Part shown: one piece after another, positions 59,793 to 64,000 of the stretch
Layout: every line of letters begins with the position of its first letter
Position numbering within the stretch: the stretch's first letter is position 1
Source of the DNA: the human T2T-CHM13v2.0 reference genome, Homo sapiens
Reading direction: 5' to 3' (one strand)
DNA: 64,000 nucleotides
NCBI RefSeq assembly: GCF_009914755.1
Contig: NC_060926.1
The notes under the pieces: generated by a model
The model's input: the letters and a program-made list of their open reading frames with translations, nothing else
Databases searched by the model: none
What the model was told of the DNA's origin: nothing
Translations under genes and position numbers: made by a program

Positions 59793-61523
59793 AAACTAAA
59801 AGATTTGGGAAATTTTTATGGAAAAGTTTGCCATTGAAGTGTGCTTTGAAAAAAGAGAACAGGTTTTAGAAGGGTAACATATGCCAAAGGGCAATAGTAT
59901 ATTCTGCTGGGAGTTTGGGGCAGTAGGCATATTCTCTGTTGGTGAGGAATGTACGAGAGCAGGGTGGAAAAGCAGAGTGATCCAGAATAGAAGTGTGATG
60001 AATATCATGCTTGGACTTCAGTTTTGGGCTTCAGTTGTTTGGACTTCAGTTTTGAGAGCAAACCAGTGAGAGTTTTTAAGCCAGGAGCATGATGGAGTTT
60101 CTCTGTATTTGACTTGTGACAGTGTGAATGATAGGGCAATATATTACCTTAAACAATATCTGAATTCATTTGCCAAAGGAATGTTACAGTTAGTAGTACC
60201 ATGCAAACAGAGATAGTTTCAGTGAAGATGTGGGATTTGAACACTTTGTAATCATTGCCCTCCTTATGTCTAAATCCACTGACTTCTTTTCTGTCTTACT
60301 CAACCTAAAACTGCATTATATGACATGATTAGCTCTGGGAATTCATCTTTTCTTTGATTTGTATAACACTGTGCTTAATTCTTTGTTTACCTGTGTGGAC
60401 TCTCCATCTTTTTCTTTTGCCACTTGCCATTTAAACTTTAGTGTTCACTATTTTGTCTTTTTTGTTGATTTAGTATTTTCTTAATCTCATTAATTCCCAT
60501 GGCTTAATATGTCGTCTGTGATCTTATGACTTCTAGATCTTTCTCCTAAAGCCCAGACGTAAATTTGCAACTAATTATTAGATCTGGAGGTATCTCAAAT
60601 TCAGTGTGTCCGAAATTGGACTTTATTCCTCTCTCTTCTCCAAGGATCTATTTGGGTCTCAGCTAGAAATCTGAGTCATCTTGGGTACCTGCTCTTTGCA
60701 ATGCCTAAGTTATTTGAATGTCAAATTTGAAAGGAATATAGACATTATCCTGATGAACTTCCTTATTTTATAACCAAAAAAGTGAGATACGTGGTATTAA
60801 TTGATCCTGGTCTAGAAAGCCTGTCAAAGCCAGGGGTTAGATTCAAGAAAAAGCAGTATCTAGTAGCACCTATAAATACCTACAAGTTGCTTTTTGATTC
60901 TGGCCATTTCTTTTAGTTTCTACCATAACATTGGCCTTAGTTCAGGTCTTCCCCTCATTTCTCATCAAATTGAACTATTATATAAGTTGAGGAGTCAGCA
61001 TGAAGGATTGGATTCAGGTATGTTCCTAGATCCAGATAGATGTGTGACTTGGTAAAGTTAGACTCTCTGAGCCTCATTTTTACTTCAGTTTTTGTAACTA
61101 GTAACCTTTAGTAAATATGACTTACTAAATAAAAGCCAAACTTGTTAACATGGTTTTCAAGACCCTCCCCAGTTTGGCTTCTGCCTGTCTTTGCAGTTTT
61201 TTTTCTTCACTACTCCATGATCTACCCCCACAAGACTACTTGCTATTCCAGTATACTATAAATAGTCCTTGTTTATTTTGTTCCTCTATCTACACTGCAT
61301 TTTCGTAATTCACTTTCAGTGGAGAGAACATTTCCTCAAAGCCCAGCTCAGAAGTCACCTCTCAAGCATTTCCTGCTTTTTTGTACTCATTTTGTGTTTT
61401 TATAGCATTCTGTTTGTTACCTTTATAACATACATATCCCAGTTATGTATAGATTTGCTTCTCCCACTAGGGAAGATATGAGAGCTCTCTGAGGTCAAGG
61501 CCTTAGTAGAATAGTCACTTAAG

Positions 61524-61525
<2 letters not shown>

Positions 61526-61573
<48 letters not shown>
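61526..61573. repeat. (TG)24 microsatellite
   Basis: Directly visible. Confidence 0.95.
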
Positions 61574-61578
<5 letters not shown>

Positions 61579-62286
61579 GAAAGGGGGGAGTGATATTATT
61601 CAATAACCTTTTAAAAGCTCAGCATCTTTTTTCATCTTAATGCATAATTCTCTTTAATTGTGATGTGGATGAACATTTGGGTTTCTAATTTTTTGTTATA
61701 AACACTGCTACAGTGAAAATCATCTCCCTATCCTTCCTTCTCTTTGCCTTCTTTGAAATTGATCTCCCTTTATTCTTTTTCCTCTGTTGTGTTGGTATTG
61801 TTATCCTCTGTCTTTTTTTTTTAAACACTGTACATATTTCATAATTATTTTATGTAGTCTCCGTTTAAATTTACCCTTATAGTTAACAGTGTCATTGTTT
61901 GCTATTGTTTATGCATTTAGAATTTCCTTAGTGATTTTATTCTTGAATTGTGTCACTTAATTCTTTTATACTTTTAGAACTATTGTGTTTATACTTATGA
62001 TGGTACATAAAAGGTAACCATCTACTAGGTACTTAGAAATATAGGCAGGAATAGAGGTGATGTGGTGAGATTACAGCTCTTAAGTTTGGAATTTATCAGC
62101 ATTGCTTCTGAGTGGAATAATCTAGGAAAAGTATGGTGTAATGAAGCCAAGGAAGCTAAGCTGAAGTGTGAATGGCCAACAGTGTCAAATGTTGCAGAAC
62201 ACTTGAAAATGATTGGCTAAGAAGAAGTTGTTGAGAAAGTAGCAGCCAAAAGATTAGGATTCAAAATATATAATAAGTGCTGTGCT

Positions 62287-62609
<323 letters not shown>

Positions 62610-62689
62610 CTAGGGACAGGCTGTTTAGCTTTTGCTAAATGTGGAGTTGAGAAGCAATGTTTACTATCAACAGTATACCATTATAGAAG

Positions 62690-63190
62690 AAACTCATATA
62701 ATTTAATAAGAAAATGAAAATCTAATAGAAAAATGGGCAAGTATATGAATAGGCAGTTCACAGAGGAGGAAACACAAATAGGCAATAAACATAAACAAAG
62801 ATGTTTATCTTACTAGTAATGTGTGTGAGGGACATTCAAATTAAAAGAACAAAAAATGCTTTTTTATCTATTAGAATTCAAAAATTTTAAATATTTGAGG
62901 ACATGAGTAAATATTGATACTTTCACATCATTGATAGGAGTACATTAATATGACCATTCTTGAGGGCAGTAGTTACTAGAATTAGAAATGGGCTCTTCTT
63001 TGATCTAGCAGATCATATTCTGATTTCTCCCCTAGAGTAACATTCATAGTTGCATACAAGAAGATGTATGTGAAAATATTCACAGTGGTATTATTTTTAG
63101 TAAAAGTTACAAAACCATATGTCCAATAGTATGATTTGTGATAATACTCAAAAGGGAGTTGGTCACATCTATAATTTTTAAATGTATACA
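62690..63190 (+). mobile_element. L1ME-type 3' fragment
   Basis: aatagaaaaatgggcaa...atgaataggcagttcacagaggaggaaacacaaat. Confidence 0.6.
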
Positions 63191-63941
63191 TTTTTAATGT
63201 AATTAATCTGAGTGTTTTGAATGTTCAGAGAAAGGAAGAAATTAAGGAAGTGAGAGCTAGAGAATGGGAAAGGATGCAGTCCAGAGTATAGGTAGAATTT
63301 GATAACGAAAAGGAGAGAAATCATCTTACAATTTTAAAAAAGGGATAAATATAGAAATGGTAATATATTGGCATAAAAATTAGCAAGCTATCACCACGAG
63401 TCAGGGTGGGAGGGAAGGAACTTGTAAATCGTCTCATAAAAATCAGTTAACTATTTTGCCTAAATGTCTGAGATTTAGACAGAAAGAGATACATTCAAGT
63501 AGATTTGGGAATGCATGTGGATTTTTTTTTTTTAATTTATGAAATGTTTCTTGGGTCAGTGACAGAATGACAGTATTTTTCTTCCAATCTGTGGAAGCCA
63601 AATATACTTAGTTGCACTAAATGTTAGCATTGCATTTGGCAACCTTGACAGCACTTTTCTGATGAATGGCGGTTATCTAGAGATGATAATCCCAATAGGA
63701 GGCAGAATGGCAAGGTCTAGATCAAACTATGAAGGGATAATGATAGCCAGCTGATACAGCTGCTGATTAAGATGTTTTTCTCCCTATCATCATACCATTT
63801 TTACTACTCTGAAAAGACAGGTCTAACAATCCTGGTTTGGTATTTATTTGTCTCTGGATTTTAAATTTGTTAAAATTATATATGGTTGTCTTTTGGTTCA
63901 GCTTGCTTTGGTTTGGGCTTTATGTTTTAAATGTTAACATC

Positions 63942-64000
63942 TGGCTGGGCACAGTGGCACTTACACCTGTAATTCCAGCACTCTGGTAGGTTGAGACACG
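63942..64000 (+). mobile_element. Alu 5' start (truncated by window edge)
   Basis: ggctgggcacagtggc...acctgtaattccagcact. Confidence 0.8.

Overview
Primate (almost certainly human) genomic DNA covering about 22 kb upstream of FOXN2 (forkhead box N2/HTLF, + strand) and the 5' part of the gene. The CpG-island promoter and non-coding exon 1 lie at about 22.1-23.5 kb, a 142-nt 5'UTR exon at 36534-36675, and the first coding exon at 54174-54724 (codons 1-179, most of the forkhead domain). The remaining exons are downstream of the window. Most other sequence is interspersed repeat: a full-length, decayed L1PA7/8-type LINE-1 with TSD, about 30 Alus, MER31/MLT1/MLT2/THE1 solo LTRs, MER/Tigger DNA transposons, a U4 snRNA retrocopy and a tailless 5S rRNA fragment. 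I see no CRISPR array or new multi-gene system. The most notable observations are: (1) a ~730-bp, ~93-98% identical inverted duplication in the intron after the coding exon, flanked by a ~23-bp direct repeat and bracketed in age by Alu insertions; (2) a UTR exon whose splice acceptor and strong-Kozak uORF start lie inside a MER2 transposon, adding four upstream ATGs; (3) an open ORF0-like antisense frame in the upstream L1, pointing toward an LTR poly(A) signal and FOXN2; (4) a sense THE1 LTR that could act as an alternative promoter; (5) a possible protein-coding single-exon circRNA. Repeat subfamily calls come from recalled consensus sequences and need RepeatMasker/Dfam confirmation. Identity figures are manual counts.
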